The notes: generated by a model from the sequence alone, not told the origin. DNA of 64,000 nt from Minisyncoccota bacterium (GCA_965267345.1 OZ253947.1:72662-136661); one strand, 5' to 3'; positions 51,856 to 62,442 are shown, numbered from the stretch's first letter. Numbers and translations: made by a program.

Positions 51856-52929
51856 ATGGATTTTTTCAAAAAATTTGAGGTGACGCCACTCAATATTCTC
51901 AAGGCGGCAGGGGTTCTTATCATTGCACTCGTTGTTATTACGTTTCTATTCCGCTTGTTTGAACCACTCGTTCAGACCACACTGACGCAGGCCACTCGTG
52001 GCGGCGTCGGCCTTGCCGGTAAAGTAGCACCGGGAATGATGCAGGGCGAAGGATACTATGAAGAGAGCTACGCACGTGACATGGCGGATTCAGCCTATGG
52101 CTACGGCGGCGGCAACGACGGACTCATGTTGTCGTCTACGAACATCGGCATCCCGTCGCCACGACCGGGCTACACGACAGGTGACGATGCAGAAGAGTTT
52201 GAGGTGACTGAATACAGCGCAACTATTGAAGTCCGTGATAGCGCACGCGCATGTGCGGATCTGTCAGCGCTCAAGGCGCGATCGTACGTTATCTTCGAGC
52301 ATGCAAATGAATACGATCGCGGGTGTAACGTCACCTTTAAAGTTGCTCACGATAATGTTGCAGAGATACTCGGCATCATCGAAGATATGGATCCCGAAGA
52401 TCTCTCTGAGAGTACCTATACGATCAAGCAGCAGATCGATGACTATACGTCCGAGACAGAGATCCTTGAGCGTAAACTCGAGACTATCGACGAAACACTC
52501 GAGAGCGCTGTTGCTGCGTACGATGAGCTCACCGTACTGGCAACGCGCACGCAGGATGTCGAAAGTCTCGCGAAAATTATCGACAGTAAGATCGGTATCA
52601 TTGAACGTCTGACGCAGGAGCGCATCACTATTAGCGCGCAACTTGAGCGGCTCGAACGATCCAAGGCTGAGCAGCTCGATCGACTCGAATACACGTACTT
52701 CCACGTGAATGTCTACGAGAACAAGCTCATTGACGGTGAACAACTAGCGAACTCATGGGAGCAGGCAGTGAAGTCATTCGTACGCGACATGAACGGCATC
52801 GTGCAAGACGTCACCATTAACCTCGTTGCACTGCTGTTTGTGATCGCTCAGTACGTACTCTACTTCTTCATTCTGTTGTTCGTTGCGAAGTACCTCTGGC
52901 GTGCAGGGCGATACCTCTGGGAAAAGTAG
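51856..52929 (+). CDS. DUF4349-like membrane protein
   Basis: N- and C-terminal TMs with a central coiled coil. Confidence 0.7.
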   Translation: MDFFKKFEVTPLNILKAAGVLIIALVVITFLFRLFEPLVQTTLTQATRGGVGLAGKVAPGMMQGEGYYEESYARDMADSAYGYGGGNDGLMLSSTNIGIPSPRPGYTTGDDAEEFEVTEYSATIEVRDSARACADLSALKARSYVIFEHANEYDRGCNVTFKVAHDNVAEILGIIEDMDPEDLSESTYTIKQQIDDYTSETEILERKLETIDETLESAVAAYDELTVLATRTQDVESLAKIIDSKIGIIERLTQERITISAQLERLERSKAEQLDRLEYTYFHVNVYENKLIDGEQLANSWEQAVKSFVRDMNGIVQDVTINLVALLFVIAQYVLYFFILLFVAKYLWRAGRYLWEK

Positions 52930-52990
52930 GTATCCCACACGCGACAGTTGTCGCACCTACCACAACATGTAACTATATAGGCACGCACCT

Positions 52991-53278
52991 ATGAGCGATG
53001 TACTCAAGATGGACATATTCTTCGTCGTGACGACGATTGCCGTCATCATTCTGAGCGTACTGCTTGCACTCGTGTTGTACCGCGCGTGGCGCATCTTGCG
53101 GCATGTGCAGGACACCTCGGCACTAATTGCACGAGAGAGTGAGCACCTACGGGACGACTTTGAGTCATTGCGCGCTATTGTGCGTGCGGAAGGTGCACGA
53201 GCGCGCACGCTCGTTGATACATTCCTTCCGAAAGCAAAGCCACGTCGCCGCACGACGCGGCGGAAAACGGAAGAGTAA
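52991..53278 (+). CDS. Small membrane protein
   Basis: IFFVVTTIAV TM followed by a coiled coil. Confidence 0.7.
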   Translation: MSDVLKMDIFFVVTTIAVIILSVLLALVLYRAWRILRHVQDTSALIARESEHLRDDFESLRAIVRAEGARARTLVDTFLPKAKPRRRTTRRKTEE

Positions 53279-53305
53279 TTACTAATTGCATAACGTACGA
53301 TATAT

Positions 53306-53734
53306 ATGGCAGCAAAAAAGAAAACAGATCACACAAAGCGAAATAGCGCACTCGGTGCAGGTGCATTGGCAGCAGGTGCAGCGCTTGCTGCGGGGTACTA
53401 CTTTTACGGAAGCAAGGACGCAAAGAAGCACCGTAAGGCTGCAGAAAAGTGGGCAAACGATCTGAAAAAAGACGTTGCACGTGAGATAAAAGATTTGGAG
53501 AAGGTGAGCAAAAAAGATGTCACCCGTATCGTGAATCAAGCAGCAAAATCGTATGCTGCGCTCAGCGAACTCGATACGTCAGACGTCATGGCAGCAGCAA
53601 AAGAGCTCAAAGACAATTGGGAGACGCTTACTGATGAGGTGACGAAAAAGACAAAGAAAACAACCAAGAAGGCTCGTAGCACTGCGAAAAAAGCAGTGAA
53701 AACGGCGAAAAAGCGCACGGCTAAGAAAAAGTAA
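53306..53734 (+). CDS. YtxH-like protein with Lys-rich tail
   Basis: GA-rich anchor AAGYYFYGSK; helical body; KKT/AKK tail. Confidence 0.7.
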   Translation: MAAKKKTDHTKRNSALGAGALAAGAALAAGYYFYGSKDAKKHRKAAEKWANDLKKDVAREIKDLEKVSKKDVTRIVNQAAKSYAALSELDTSDVMAAAKELKDNWETLTDEVTKKTKKTTKKARSTAKKAVKTAKKRTAKKK

Positions 53735-53780
53735 GGAGATCAGGCCGCCAACAAAGCGCGACCATGTTTGATATAGGGAT

Positions 53781-54143
53781 ATGACACTACGTGTACCCGA
53801 AACACAGGAAGCGTACGACCGCCTTCGCGCATCGGGTGCGCTGTCGGATCGGTGTGTGCTATGCGAAAAGGAGCCGGTGCAGGCATTTCAACACTGGAAG
53901 ATTATCACTAACGATTTTCCGTATGATCGCATTGCGCGCGTGCACCATATGCTGGTACCGTACCGCCATGTGACCGAACGGGGACTTAGCGAAACTGAGC
54001 GACGTGAGCTCCTTGATATTAAACGCGACTACATCAATAAAAGTGCATACAACTGGCTGATGGAGGCAGCCAAGGGGCACAAAACAATTCCTGACCATTT
54101 TCATCTGCACATACTCGCTGAAAGGGAAGCGTTTAGTGCTTGA
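53781..54143 (+). CDS. HIT family protein
   Basis: C..C, NDFPY and HFHLH motifs. Confidence 0.8.
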   Translation: MTLRVPETQEAYDRLRASGALSDRCVLCEKEPVQAFQHWKIITNDFPYDRIARVHHMLVPYRHVTERGLSETERRELLDIKRDYINKSAYNWLMEAAKGHKTIPDHFHLHILAEREAFSA

Positions 54144-54208
54144 CGTGGCGAGACTTCGCCACTATGCTTTTCGGAGCTGTTACTGTGCACACACGGAGGA
54201 ATGTACCC

Positions 54209-54415
54209 ATGGGACGCCCAAACAGCATCAAGCCGGGCGATCGTGTACGAATTGAGGGTGGCGCGGGTGAGACATACACTGTCGCACACAAACAAGGAGG
54301 TCGCGGCGCGACACTCTTTTACCTTAAAGAGCACACCGATCCGACAGGTAAAAGAGGGGCTTTCTTTCGCGACGAACTCATCCTCGTGGAAAAAGCAGAC
54401 ACCCCCTCACGCTAA
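54209..54415 (+). CDS. Orphan small SH3/KOW-like protein
   Basis: SD GGAGGA; IKPGDRVRI..F.RDEL; hairpin at 54401-54428. Confidence 0.5.
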   Translation: MGRPNSIKPGDRVRIEGGAGETYTVAHKQGGRGATLFYLKEHTDPTGKRGAFFRDELILVEKADTPSR

Positions 54416-54480
54416 CGCGTGAGGGGGTTTTAAAAAAAGTCGGCGCACATACAGGTGCGCCGACTTCTGTCACACATGTA

Positions 54481-54657
54481 TTAGTGACAGTTTTGGTTTT
54501 GTTGGTACTCACTCAAATCTTTGAGTGCTCCCGATGGATTATTTTCTATGCGCTTTAGTAGGTCAGGACGTTCCGTCGCCCATGCGTCTCCAAAAAGGGA
54601 GCAGGCGAGTGCCCGTGCTCTTTTTGTGTCGCGTTTGCGCGCCTCTCGGTAATCCAC
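54481..54657 (-). CDS. Orphan small basic protein
   Basis: SD AAGGAGG before GTG; hairpin at ~54437-54466 downstream. Confidence 0.4.
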   Translation of the reverse strand: MDYREARKRDTKRARALACSLFGDAWATERPDLLKRIENNPSGALKDLSEYQQNQNCH

Positions 54658-54851
54658 AGACACCTCCTTTGTATGTGGTACACAAAACCCCTCCGCAAGG
54701 GAGGGGATTATCAACGTGAGATTCTGACGCACATTAACACTCCTCTCCCGCGGAGGGACTGTTAAACCAATATGCGCCGTATCGATGCATGCGCTCACTT
54801 TACCACTCGGTAGTACGGCGGGCAACGACAAATGCTACACTAAGCAGCACT

Positions 54852-56384
54852 ATGGAGGAGCTTCGTGCACGCGTGGTGTCGTATAGTGCTCGACCGAGCG
54901 TGCTTGTTGGCGCGGGTCTCGTGCTTGGCGCCACAACCGTATTTCCGTACCTCTTCTGGCTTGTTCCGTTGGCGTTTTTCCCAGTACTGGTATTTATCTC
55001 TCAATCACCATCGCGACGCGCTCTCTGGTGGAAGAACTACTTGTTCGGACTCGGCTTTTTTGCGGCAGTGTACGCATGGGTGTGGGGCACCTATCCACTG
55101 ACGTGGATTGGCCTTGATGCACCAGTGCTTTCATTGCTATTCATTGCACTAGCGTGGATCGTTACCAGTGCCATACTCGCAACAACAATAAGTGTACGCA
55201 TTGGTGTGGTCACAGAAGTCGACCGTTTCTCGTCGCCTGTGTTCCCGTACCTGTTTGCGCTCGGGTGGGTACTTGGTGAACTGCTGCAAGCAGTTACCTT
55301 TGAGGTCCTCTGGTCGGGTGCACAAGGAGTGATCGGTGGTCACTGGTCATTTGGCTCTCTCGGGTACGCACTTGCCGAAGTGCCGGTCGTGCGCTCGCTC
55401 GCTGCACTGGGAGGTGTGTATCTTCTGAGTTTCTGTGCAGTGCTGGTCAGCGTTGCTGTATTTCACTGGGTCATGAAAAAATGTGTACCGCGACATCTCT
55501 CTGTCGCGCTGTGTATTCTTGCGGTGTGTGCTGTTGGTATGTATGGCATCAGTACTGCGAATAGCGGACGTGAACGCACAGCGCTGCTCACGCACACGCA
55601 ATTTCGCATCCCTGCAGAAGAGGTAACACAACGTGATGTCACGCAGCGCTCACTGCATGTTGCAGCAGTGATAGCCTCGGCGCTTGACGACGGTGTGACA
55701 CCTGACATCGTTATATTTCCTGAAGGGTCGGCAATCCTCAACTACTTGCCCGACGCACCAAAGCAGCTCCTGCTCGAACGTCTTGCCGCACATGATACGC
55801 TCATCGTAAACCCGTCAAATAGTAAAGATAGTGACGGCAGGCTGACGTCGTCAATTTGGTATGTACAGCCTCGTGATGATGTGGTTCGCGAGCAGAAAAA
55901 AGATATGCTCGTTCCCGTGGGTGAGTATCCGCCGTATTTTGCGGTAGCCTTTGCGCGTCTTTTTGGTGTTTCGGAGTGGCTCGATACTGTCTACGCGGTG
56001 CATGGGTACCATCGTGTTACACTGCAGGCACACAATGACGCGGACGCGCTTGTAGGCGCATTGCAGTGTTCTGAAATTATTTCACCACGTCTGTACCAGG
56101 TGCTTGCGCGCGACAGTGGGATTCTCGCAAATCTTGCCTCACACGGTCCGTTCGCGCACCCACTTCTCATTCGACATCAGACGCTCAAAATGGCACGTCT
56201 GCATGCGGTTGCAGCGGATCGCTTCTTTCTGCAATCAGGAAACGTTGCACCGACGTTTGTTATCGACAATACCGGTCGTGTGCAATTCTATACACATGAC
56301 GTGCAGCGTACCGTCTCGGTTGTATCAGCAGAAGAGCGACGTACGCATACGCCGTACGTTTACATTGGAGCCTTTGTCGAGTAG
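54852..56384 (+). CDS. lnt: Apolipoprotein N-acyltransferase
   Basis: Multiple TMs plus nitrilase triad FPEG, K..LVPVGEY and QCSE. Confidence 0.85.
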   Translation: MEELRARVVSYSARPSVLVGAGLVLGATTVFPYLFWLVPLAFFPVLVFISQSPSRRALWWKNYLFGLGFFAAVYAWVWGTYPLTWIGLDAPVLSLLFIALAWIVTSAILATTISVRIGVVTEVDRFSSPVFPYLFALGWVLGELLQAVTFEVLWSGAQGVIGGHWSFGSLGYALAEVPVVRSLAALGGVYLLSFCAVLVSVAVFHWVMKKCVPRHLSVALCILAVCAVGMYGISTANSGRERTALLTHTQFRIPAEEVTQRDVTQRSLHVAAVIASALDDGVTPDIVIFPEGSAILNYLPDAPKQLLLERLAAHDTLIVNPSNSKDSDGRLTSSIWYVQPRDDVVREQKKDMLVPVGEYPPYFAVAFARLFGVSEWLDTVYAVHGYHRVTLQAHNDADALVGALQCSEIISPRLYQVLARDSGILANLASHGPFAHPLLIRHQTLKMARLHAVAADRFFLQSGNVAPTFVIDNTGRVQFYTHDVQRTVSVVSAEERRTHTPYVYIGAFVE

Positions 56385-56403
56385 TAAATACATTACGCGA
56401 CCC

Positions 56404-56483
56404 CTCGTGTACCTACGCTGACCAGACGCGTACCGACCCCCTTAACCTTCTTGGTGCCCATTGGCAGGAGTTTTAGGGGATGT
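56404..56483 (+). pseudogene. Remnant of the 3' end of a paralogue of 58146-60110
   Basis: Aligns with 60035-60118, including TTCTTGGTGCC..ATTGGCAGGAGTTTTAGGGG. Confidence 0.75.
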
Positions 56484-56531
56484 CCACACACGAAGCATTT
56501 TAGTAGTAGTAACAGGATATACTTTAGACAT

Positions 56532-58136
56532 ATGAGACACTGTTCATTAGCCTTCGGTACTCCAGCTGCACTTTTTGCAGTACTTGCGCTCTCCTGCGCA
56601 CTCTTTATCACGTCGGCAAATATTGCTGCTGCCCAGCAACAAACTGCCGATCCTGCGTGTATCACTGAAACGCAAAATGAGTTGCGCGATCGTGCAGGCG
56701 AGGTCTTTAATTCCATTGACGAAGCAACGCAAACCACGATTGCAAATTTCATATGCACGGCCGGCGTTGACCTTGATGCACTCAGTGACACTGAGATCCA
56801 AGGTATGCTCTTTGAAGCAGGTATTCTTGCGCAGAATGCACCAGCGTCTGGTGGCGTAGGGGAAACAGGTGGGAATGCGCAGTTGGCAAGCTGTTTTAAC
56901 TACTACAGCTTTGGCTCCGTCGTGCCGCATCTCTCGACAGAGTTGGAGCAGGTGGTATCGGGAACGACGATACACGTCAAGGGTACCGTTGAGAACACTA
57001 ATCCGTATCCAATTGTAGAAGGGACACTGTATGTGAAGGTGTTCAAGAAACGGGGCGACGGCACCCAGAAAGATCCAAACGGTCCTGATGTCGTTGATCA
57101 GTTTGTTGCCGTTGATGACATTAGCATTGACGCTGAATCGTCGGTTCCTGTGGCGTTTACGTGGGATGTCCCTGCGTACGCGCAGAGCGGTGACTACGAG
57201 ATTGCCACATTCTTTACTACTTCAAAGCGCTACAATCTTCTCGGTCTTGCCTTCACTGATGATGTGGTTGGCACAACGGTGCGCTTCAGTGTTGCGGGTG
57301 AACACGATACCGGCACGGCATTTCAGAAAGACTCAGTAACGGTAAACGAGCGTGATTACTTCTTTGCGGCGTATCCACCACGATTTGCTACAGAGACACC
57401 GATTGCCGTGCAAGCGACACTCGAAAATACGGCAGATCGTGCCGTGACTGTGCCTGTCACGTTTGAATTGTACCGCTGGGATCAGCAGCGTCGCGAAAAC
57501 ATCCTCGATACACAGACACAGCAGGTGCGTGTAGGTGCCGATGGTGTGACCGACGTCGCGTACGCCATTCGTGATACTGAACACCCAGTGTACTTACTGG
57601 TTGTCACTGCTGAATACGGTGACACAAAATCTATTCTGAACGTGCGCGTTGTACGCAACGGTGTAGCAGGCGCACGGATTAACTTCCCAAGTCTGACAGC
57701 ATTTCCGCTGGAGCGCGGTACGCAACACACGGTGTTCGCATGCATGCACAGCATGAGCGACCAGACGACTCCCGACAGCGAGGTCGTGGTGACGCTCACT
57801 GATCGATTGGGGAATGAAATCCATTCGGCAAACTACGTCGGCAACATTACGGGTGCCATGATGGGGATGGCGAGTGCCTTTACGCCGCGACGTGACCACG
57901 ACTACGTGAATCTTACTGCGCAGTTGTTTACGGGCGGTACCCTCATTGAGGCGGTTGAATTGACCTACGACTGTGAGGACATTAATCCTGCGTTTTGTGG
58001 CGACGAGGCAGAAACACAACTCTTTGATTTCACCGATGGAACGACACTTATTGGGCTTGGTGTTGTGGTATTTGTACTTTTCGGACTTGGCTACATACTC
58101 ACTCGTCGAAGTGATGTGGATAATGGTTTCACATAG
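56532..58136 (+). CDS. Secreted Ig-like beta protein with C-terminal TM
   Basis: Signal peptide, beta-rich body, C-terminal TM. Confidence 0.75.
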   Translation: MRHCSLAFGTPAALFAVLALSCALFITSANIAAAQQQTADPACITETQNELRDRAGEVFNSIDEATQTTIANFICTAGVDLDALSDTEIQGMLFEAGILAQNAPASGGVGETGGNAQLASCFNYYSFGSVVPHLSTELEQVVSGTTIHVKGTVENTNPYPIVEGTLYVKVFKKRGDGTQKDPNGPDVVDQFVAVDDISIDAESSVPVAFTWDVPAYAQSGDYEIATFFTTSKRYNLLGLAFTDDVVGTTVRFSVAGEHDTGTAFQKDSVTVNERDYFFAAYPPRFATETPIAVQATLENTADRAVTVPVTFELYRWDQQRRENILDTQTQQVRVGADGVTDVAYAIRDTEHPVYLLVVTAEYGDTKSILNVRVVRNGVAGARINFPSLTAFPLERGTQHTVFACMHSMSDQTTPDSEVVVTLTDRLGNEIHSANYVGNITGAMMGMASAFTPRRDHDYVNLTAQLFTGGTLIEAVELTYDCEDINPAFCGDEAETQLFDFTDGTTLIGLGVVVFVLFGLGYILTRRSDVDNGFT

Positions 58137-58145
58137 CAATAGCAT

Positions 58146-60110
58146 ATGTATCCTACGAAACAAAAAATATACACACTAAAGACACTACTCATATCGAGTA
58201 GTGTAATAACGGCCTCTACTTTTAGCATGTATGCTCTTGCAGCACCGCTGGTGGCAGAGAGTGCAGGCGGAGGAGACTTGAATATCAATATCGATGCAGG
58301 TGATGTTGATTTTGGTGGACCGGTTGAGTATGTACCAAGTTCGCCGAGTTCAAGTAGCACTTCATACAATGGCAATAATATTCTCTGGACAGCGTTTGAG
58401 GGTATCTCTCTCTGTGCTGATGGGGGGTGGTACCTTTGCGTAACAGGATTACGAGAGCCACAAATCACCGTCCAATACTCAGTTGAAATCACCAACATTA
58501 ATTCAGGCGAAGTGTACGAACATGGCTCGCCAATAGAAGTGGCGGAGGGTACACAATTGCAGCTACGCTTTATCCCACACGCATCGGAGCATATATCATG
58601 GTTTGGGACCGGTAGCAGCATGGATTCACCATACGGTGAGTGGGGCAACAGTGCGAATGCTGGCGGTCCCGTGTGTCAGGTTGAAGATATTGTTTCAAGC
58701 GGTGTTGATGGAGTGACGAGCAATGCGTACATTCGACTTGTTGCCGATGCGCCGACGAAGACCCTCACACCGCCCGACAACCTTTCCTGTGCCGATACCG
58801 GCGATGGGCTTACGTACAACTGTGTAGCGGACGATCAGGGTACGGGTACTGCGACGTTTGAGTTTGCGCAGACCACAGGACGTTTCTACGGAGCATACGC
58901 CGGTTGGGCGACAGACGCTGATCAGACGATTCTCAATTTAATTCGACCACAACATCGCAGCGTTGCCGAAGGAGGCTCGATGGATGGTACGTTGTGCGTT
59001 GGTCGAGCGGAGCCGATGCAAAATGCCAATGGCATGAATGGTTTATGGAGTCCCGACCCCGAATTGTATCCACAGCAGTATTCGAATGGGTTCAACGACC
59101 CCCGCACCCCATACACCCTCACCATCCCTGCCCAATCCCGCCAATACACCATTGTCGTCGGCGAAGCTGAGGAAGACGACAGCCCGGGCTCACCAAGCGT
59201 CAACCCTGTCACCGTCAACGGTGACCCAACCGCCTGCACCACCAACGCCCCCTACACAGTAGAGGTCACCGCCACCGACCCCCAGTCAGACGACATCCGC
59301 TACCTCATCGACTGGGACGCTGACGACACAGTCAACGCCTACGCACCAAGCTCTGGCTACACCACCAGCGGCACCACCCAAACAGCATCACGCACCTTCA
59401 CCACTGAAGGTGAGCGTAGCGTGAAGGTCCGTGCCCAAGACGAACATGGCAACCTCTCTGACTGGTCAGAGACCTTCACCTTCACCTGTACGGATGACAC
59501 CCCACCGTACACCCCAACCGTCACCACCGCTTCAGGCTCACAGTGTACCCCTGACACAGCTCAAGACGTCACCGTCAGTGCCGACCACGCCTCAGACAAG
59601 GAGGTATACTACCAACTCGACTGGGACCGTGACGGCGCAACCGACACCCGACTCCCTGCCACCGGCACTGTTGCTGCAGGGACAGAGCTCACCACCACCC
59701 ACACCTTCACCAGTGGTGACTACGCCTTCAGAGCTCGTGCCGTTGATGAAGACGACATTGCCTCAAACTGGACCACCATCACCGGTACCTGTGGCGTCAC
59801 CCAAGAGGAGTGCCCCATCTGTGCAGCAGGCAGCCCTGACGTCTCCCTTTCAGCACAACCATCCCTCGTGGCCCAAGACGCCAGCACCACCCTCAGTTGG
59901 GACATTGCAGGTATCGACACCCTCCAGACCTGTTCCATCACCGGCACCAACGGTGACAGCGTATCGTGGGACACCATCAGCTCACAGTCCTCCTACACCA
60001 CACCAAGCATCACCATCCAAACCACCTACACCCTCTCGTGTACCTACACCGACCAAACCCTGACTGACACCGCCCTCATCTTCTTGGTGCCTGATTGGCA
60101 GGAGTTTTAG
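58146..60110 (+). CDS. Large surface protein with PKD-like repeats
   Basis: Y.IDWD.D..RA.DE.G..S.W unit repeated twice; ends VPDWQEF. Confidence 0.8.
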   Translation: MYPTKQKIYTLKTLLISSSVITASTFSMYALAAPLVAESAGGGDLNINIDAGDVDFGGPVEYVPSSPSSSSTSYNGNNILWTAFEGISLCADGGWYLCVTGLREPQITVQYSVEITNINSGEVYEHGSPIEVAEGTQLQLRFIPHASEHISWFGTGSSMDSPYGEWGNSANAGGPVCQVEDIVSSGVDGVTSNAYIRLVADAPTKTLTPPDNLSCADTGDGLTYNCVADDQGTGTATFEFAQTTGRFYGAYAGWATDADQTILNLIRPQHRSVAEGGSMDGTLCVGRAEPMQNANGMNGLWSPDPELYPQQYSNGFNDPRTPYTLTIPAQSRQYTIVVGEAEEDDSPGSPSVNPVTVNGDPTACTTNAPYTVEVTATDPQSDDIRYLIDWDADDTVNAYAPSSGYTTSGTTQTASRTFTTEGERSVKVRAQDEHGNLSDWSETFTFTCTDDTPPYTPTVTTASGSQCTPDTAQDVTVSADHASDKEVYYQLDWDRDGATDTRLPATGTVAAGTELTTTHTFTSGDYAFRARAVDEDDIASNWTTITGTCGVTQEECPICAAGSPDVSLSAQPSLVAQDASTTLSWDIAGIDTLQTCSITGTNGDSVSWDTISSQSSYTTPSITIQTTYTLSCTYTDQTLTDTALIFLVPDWQEF

Positions 60111-60165
60111 GGGGATGTGCCCATTGGGCACCCCATGCTACGAGGGATTTGTGTATACTGTACGC

Positions 60166-60831
60166 ATGCAGTACCTATTCTGGGGATGTATCGGCATCGT
60201 AATTATTTTTCTTGCGTGGGTTGCGTATGGGTATTTTTCAGTGCGGAATGTCGAGGAACCGGCGTATACGGTTGTGCGCGACGAAGGTACATACGAAATT
60301 CGACTGTATGAGCCGATGGTCATCGCGGAGACAACAGTCGAAAGCACTTCTTACCGAGACGCGCTCAATGAAGGGTTTCGACGCCTTGCGGACTATATTT
60401 TCGGAAACAATGCCGCGACAGAGAGTCTCGCCATGACCGTACCGGTGCAGCAGCGTGACATGGGTGAGGGGGAGGTTATTGCAATGACGGCACCGGTAGT
60501 GAGTGAGGATGCGGACGCGAATGACCGCGTGATTTCATTTGTGCTGCCGTCATCATACACACTGGAATCAGCGCCGCAGCCAAAAAATGCAGCTGTCAGA
60601 CTTCGTACCGTACCGGAACGTGCTGTAGCAGCAGTGTCATTTAGCTGGTTGCCGACGCAGGCGCGTATTGAGGCACAAAAGCGCGCGCTTCGCGAAGTGC
60701 TTGCTGCCGACGATGTTCGTGTAATAGGCGAAGAGAGTGTTGCATTCTATAACCCGCCGTTCACACCACCATTTATGATGCGCACTGAGATTCTTATCCC
60801 CGTAGCAGTATCCTATGAACAGGACCAGTAG
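60166..60831 (+). CDS. SOUL heme-binding protein
   Basis: EEPAYTV, YEIRLY, GFRRLADYIFG.N, IAMTAPV and YNPP motifs. Confidence 0.92.
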   Translation: MQYLFWGCIGIVIIFLAWVAYGYFSVRNVEEPAYTVVRDEGTYEIRLYEPMVIAETTVESTSYRDALNEGFRRLADYIFGNNAATESLAMTVPVQQRDMGEGEVIAMTAPVVSEDADANDRVISFVLPSSYTLESAPQPKNAAVRLRTVPERAVAAVSFSWLPTQARIEAQKRALREVLAADDVRVIGEESVAFYNPPFTPPFMMRTEILIPVAVSYEQDQ

Positions 60832-61294
60832 TTTGTATACATTTTTCCGTTGGGCAGTTGTTGCCTTTTCACTTGTTGGTATTGTTGACGCGGCATATTT
60901 GTCATACGCGCGCTTCACGCACTCAGCACTGTCGTGCACTATTCTCGATGGCTGCAACGTAGTTGCGGCAAGTCCGCATGCGGTGTTGCTTGGGGTTATC
61001 CCACTCGCATACCTCGGCCTTGTCTTCTACATCGCGATTTTTTTTCTGGGTGTCATGCTATTCCGCTACGACCAGCGCAGCATCCGCCTTACACTCGTGG
61101 GGGCAACGGGTATCGGGATTGTTGCGTCGGCGTATTTTGTATACGTGCAGTCAGTGCTGATTGGCGCATACTGTCTGTATTGCATCATTTCAGCAGCGCT
61201 CTCAGTTGTGCTCTTTCCGCTGGCGCTGGCACTTCTCCGCAAAGACTCGCTTGAACACAGTAATGACTTGCCTGTTACAAGGCCATTGAAATGA
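60815..61294 (+). CDS. Vitamin K epoxide reductase (VKOR) family protein
   Basis: C....GC..V..S and CLYC motifs. Confidence 0.92.
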   Translation: MNRTSSLYTFFRWAVVAFSLVGIVDAAYLSYARFTHSALSCTILDGCNVVAASPHAVLLGVIPLAYLGLVFYIAIFFLGVMLFRYDQRSIRLTLVGATGIGIVASAYFVYVQSVLIGAYCLYCIISAALSVVLFPLALALLRKDSLEHSNDLPVTRPLK

Positions 61295-62442
61295 TGCAGT
61301 ACATAGCAGCATCACGCATCTGGCTTTGGCTTCTTGTTGCGCTTATCGTGACAAGTGCGGTGCCACTCGTTGCACATACACAACAACTGGTCAATCAAGA
61401 TCGTGGCATCATGAAAGCCCGTGTCATTTCTGCGGGTGAGGGTATGCCGCGCGAAGTGATTGGCACCGGCACGGAGACGCTCATACAACCACTGACAGTT
61501 ACTATTATCGACGGTGCTGCTGCTGGGCGAGAGGTGGCAATTGAAAATGAATTTGAAACCACACTTGAAGTAGGGGACATTGTCTTCGTGCAGCAGTTTA
61601 TCGACGTTGGCGGGCGCGAGTGGTTTACACTATTTGAAATACAACGGGCGCCACAATTAGGAGTACTTTTTGCTGCGTTTGCTGTCATGCTACTACTATT
61701 TGGGGGTGCACAGGGTGCGCGTGCACTTGTGGCACTTGCGGGCAGCTTGCTCGCTATCGTTTATATCCTCGTGCCGGCAATTTTAGCTGGATACAACCCA
61801 ATTATTACAAGTATCGGCGTGGCAGTAGTGGTACTCTTCCTCGCACTCTTTTTTACACACGGCTTTAATCGTGTTGCGCTATCAGCCTTTCTCGGCACTG
61901 TAATCGCCATCATTATTACCGGGTGCATTGCGTGGTTTTCAATCGAGTTTTTGGATTTGACGGGTATTGCCTCGGAAAACGAAGTGTACCTAAACTTCAA
62001 TACCGACGGCGCGCTTGATTTTGTTGGGCTACTGCTCGGCGCCATTATTATCGGTGTCCTTGGTGCGCTTGATGATATTGCCATTACGCAGGCAGCAACG
62101 GTGCGAGAATTGTACGGTGTGAGCAGCACTATTGCGCGACGCGATGTCTTTACACGAGCATTACGAATCGGGAAAGATCACGTCAGTGCACTTGTGAACA
62201 CACTGATTCTTGCGTATACAGGGGCTGCACTACCGCTGCTTTTGCTCTTCTTGCAGCAAAATGATATTTCCTACATTCTCAATATTGAGATATTTGCTAC
62301 TGAAGTAGTACGTATGATTGTCGGCAGTATTGGCCTCATCCTCGCAGTACCGTTTACCACAGCGATCGCTGCCGTACTCCTTGAGCGCTATCGTGGGAAT
62401 CAATCAGACGTAGTCATGGGCGCACACACGCACGTGCGATAG
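61291..62442 (+). CDS. YibE/F family membrane protein
   Basis: IIGVLGALDD, IGKDH and NTLILAYTGAALP motifs. Confidence 0.92.
   Translation: MMQYIAASRIWLWLLVALIVTSAVPLVAHTQQLVNQDRGIMKARVISAGEGMPREVIGTGTETLIQPLTVTIIDGAAAGREVAIENEFETTLEVGDIVFVQQFIDVGGREWFTLFEIQRAPQLGVLFAAFAVMLLLFGGAQGARALVALAGSLLAIVYILVPAILAGYNPIITSIGVAVVVLFLALFFTHGFNRVALSAFLGTVIAIIITGCIAWFSIEFLDLTGIASENEVYLNFNTDGALDFVGLLLGAIIIGVLGALDDIAITQAATVRELYGVSSTIARRDVFTRALRIGKDHVSALVNTLILAYTGAALPLLLLFLQQNDISYILNIEIFATEVVRMIVGSIGLILAVPFTTAIAAVLLERYRGNQSDVVMGAHTHVR

Noticed and set aside
59431-60063. 210-aa Pro-rich alternative-frame ORF
   Set aside because: By-product of the C-rich codon bias of the overlapping surface-protein gene.
56404-60118. 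Possible DGR template/variable repeat pair
   Set aside because: Mismatches are not restricted to adenines, indels are present, and there is no reverse transcriptase in the window.
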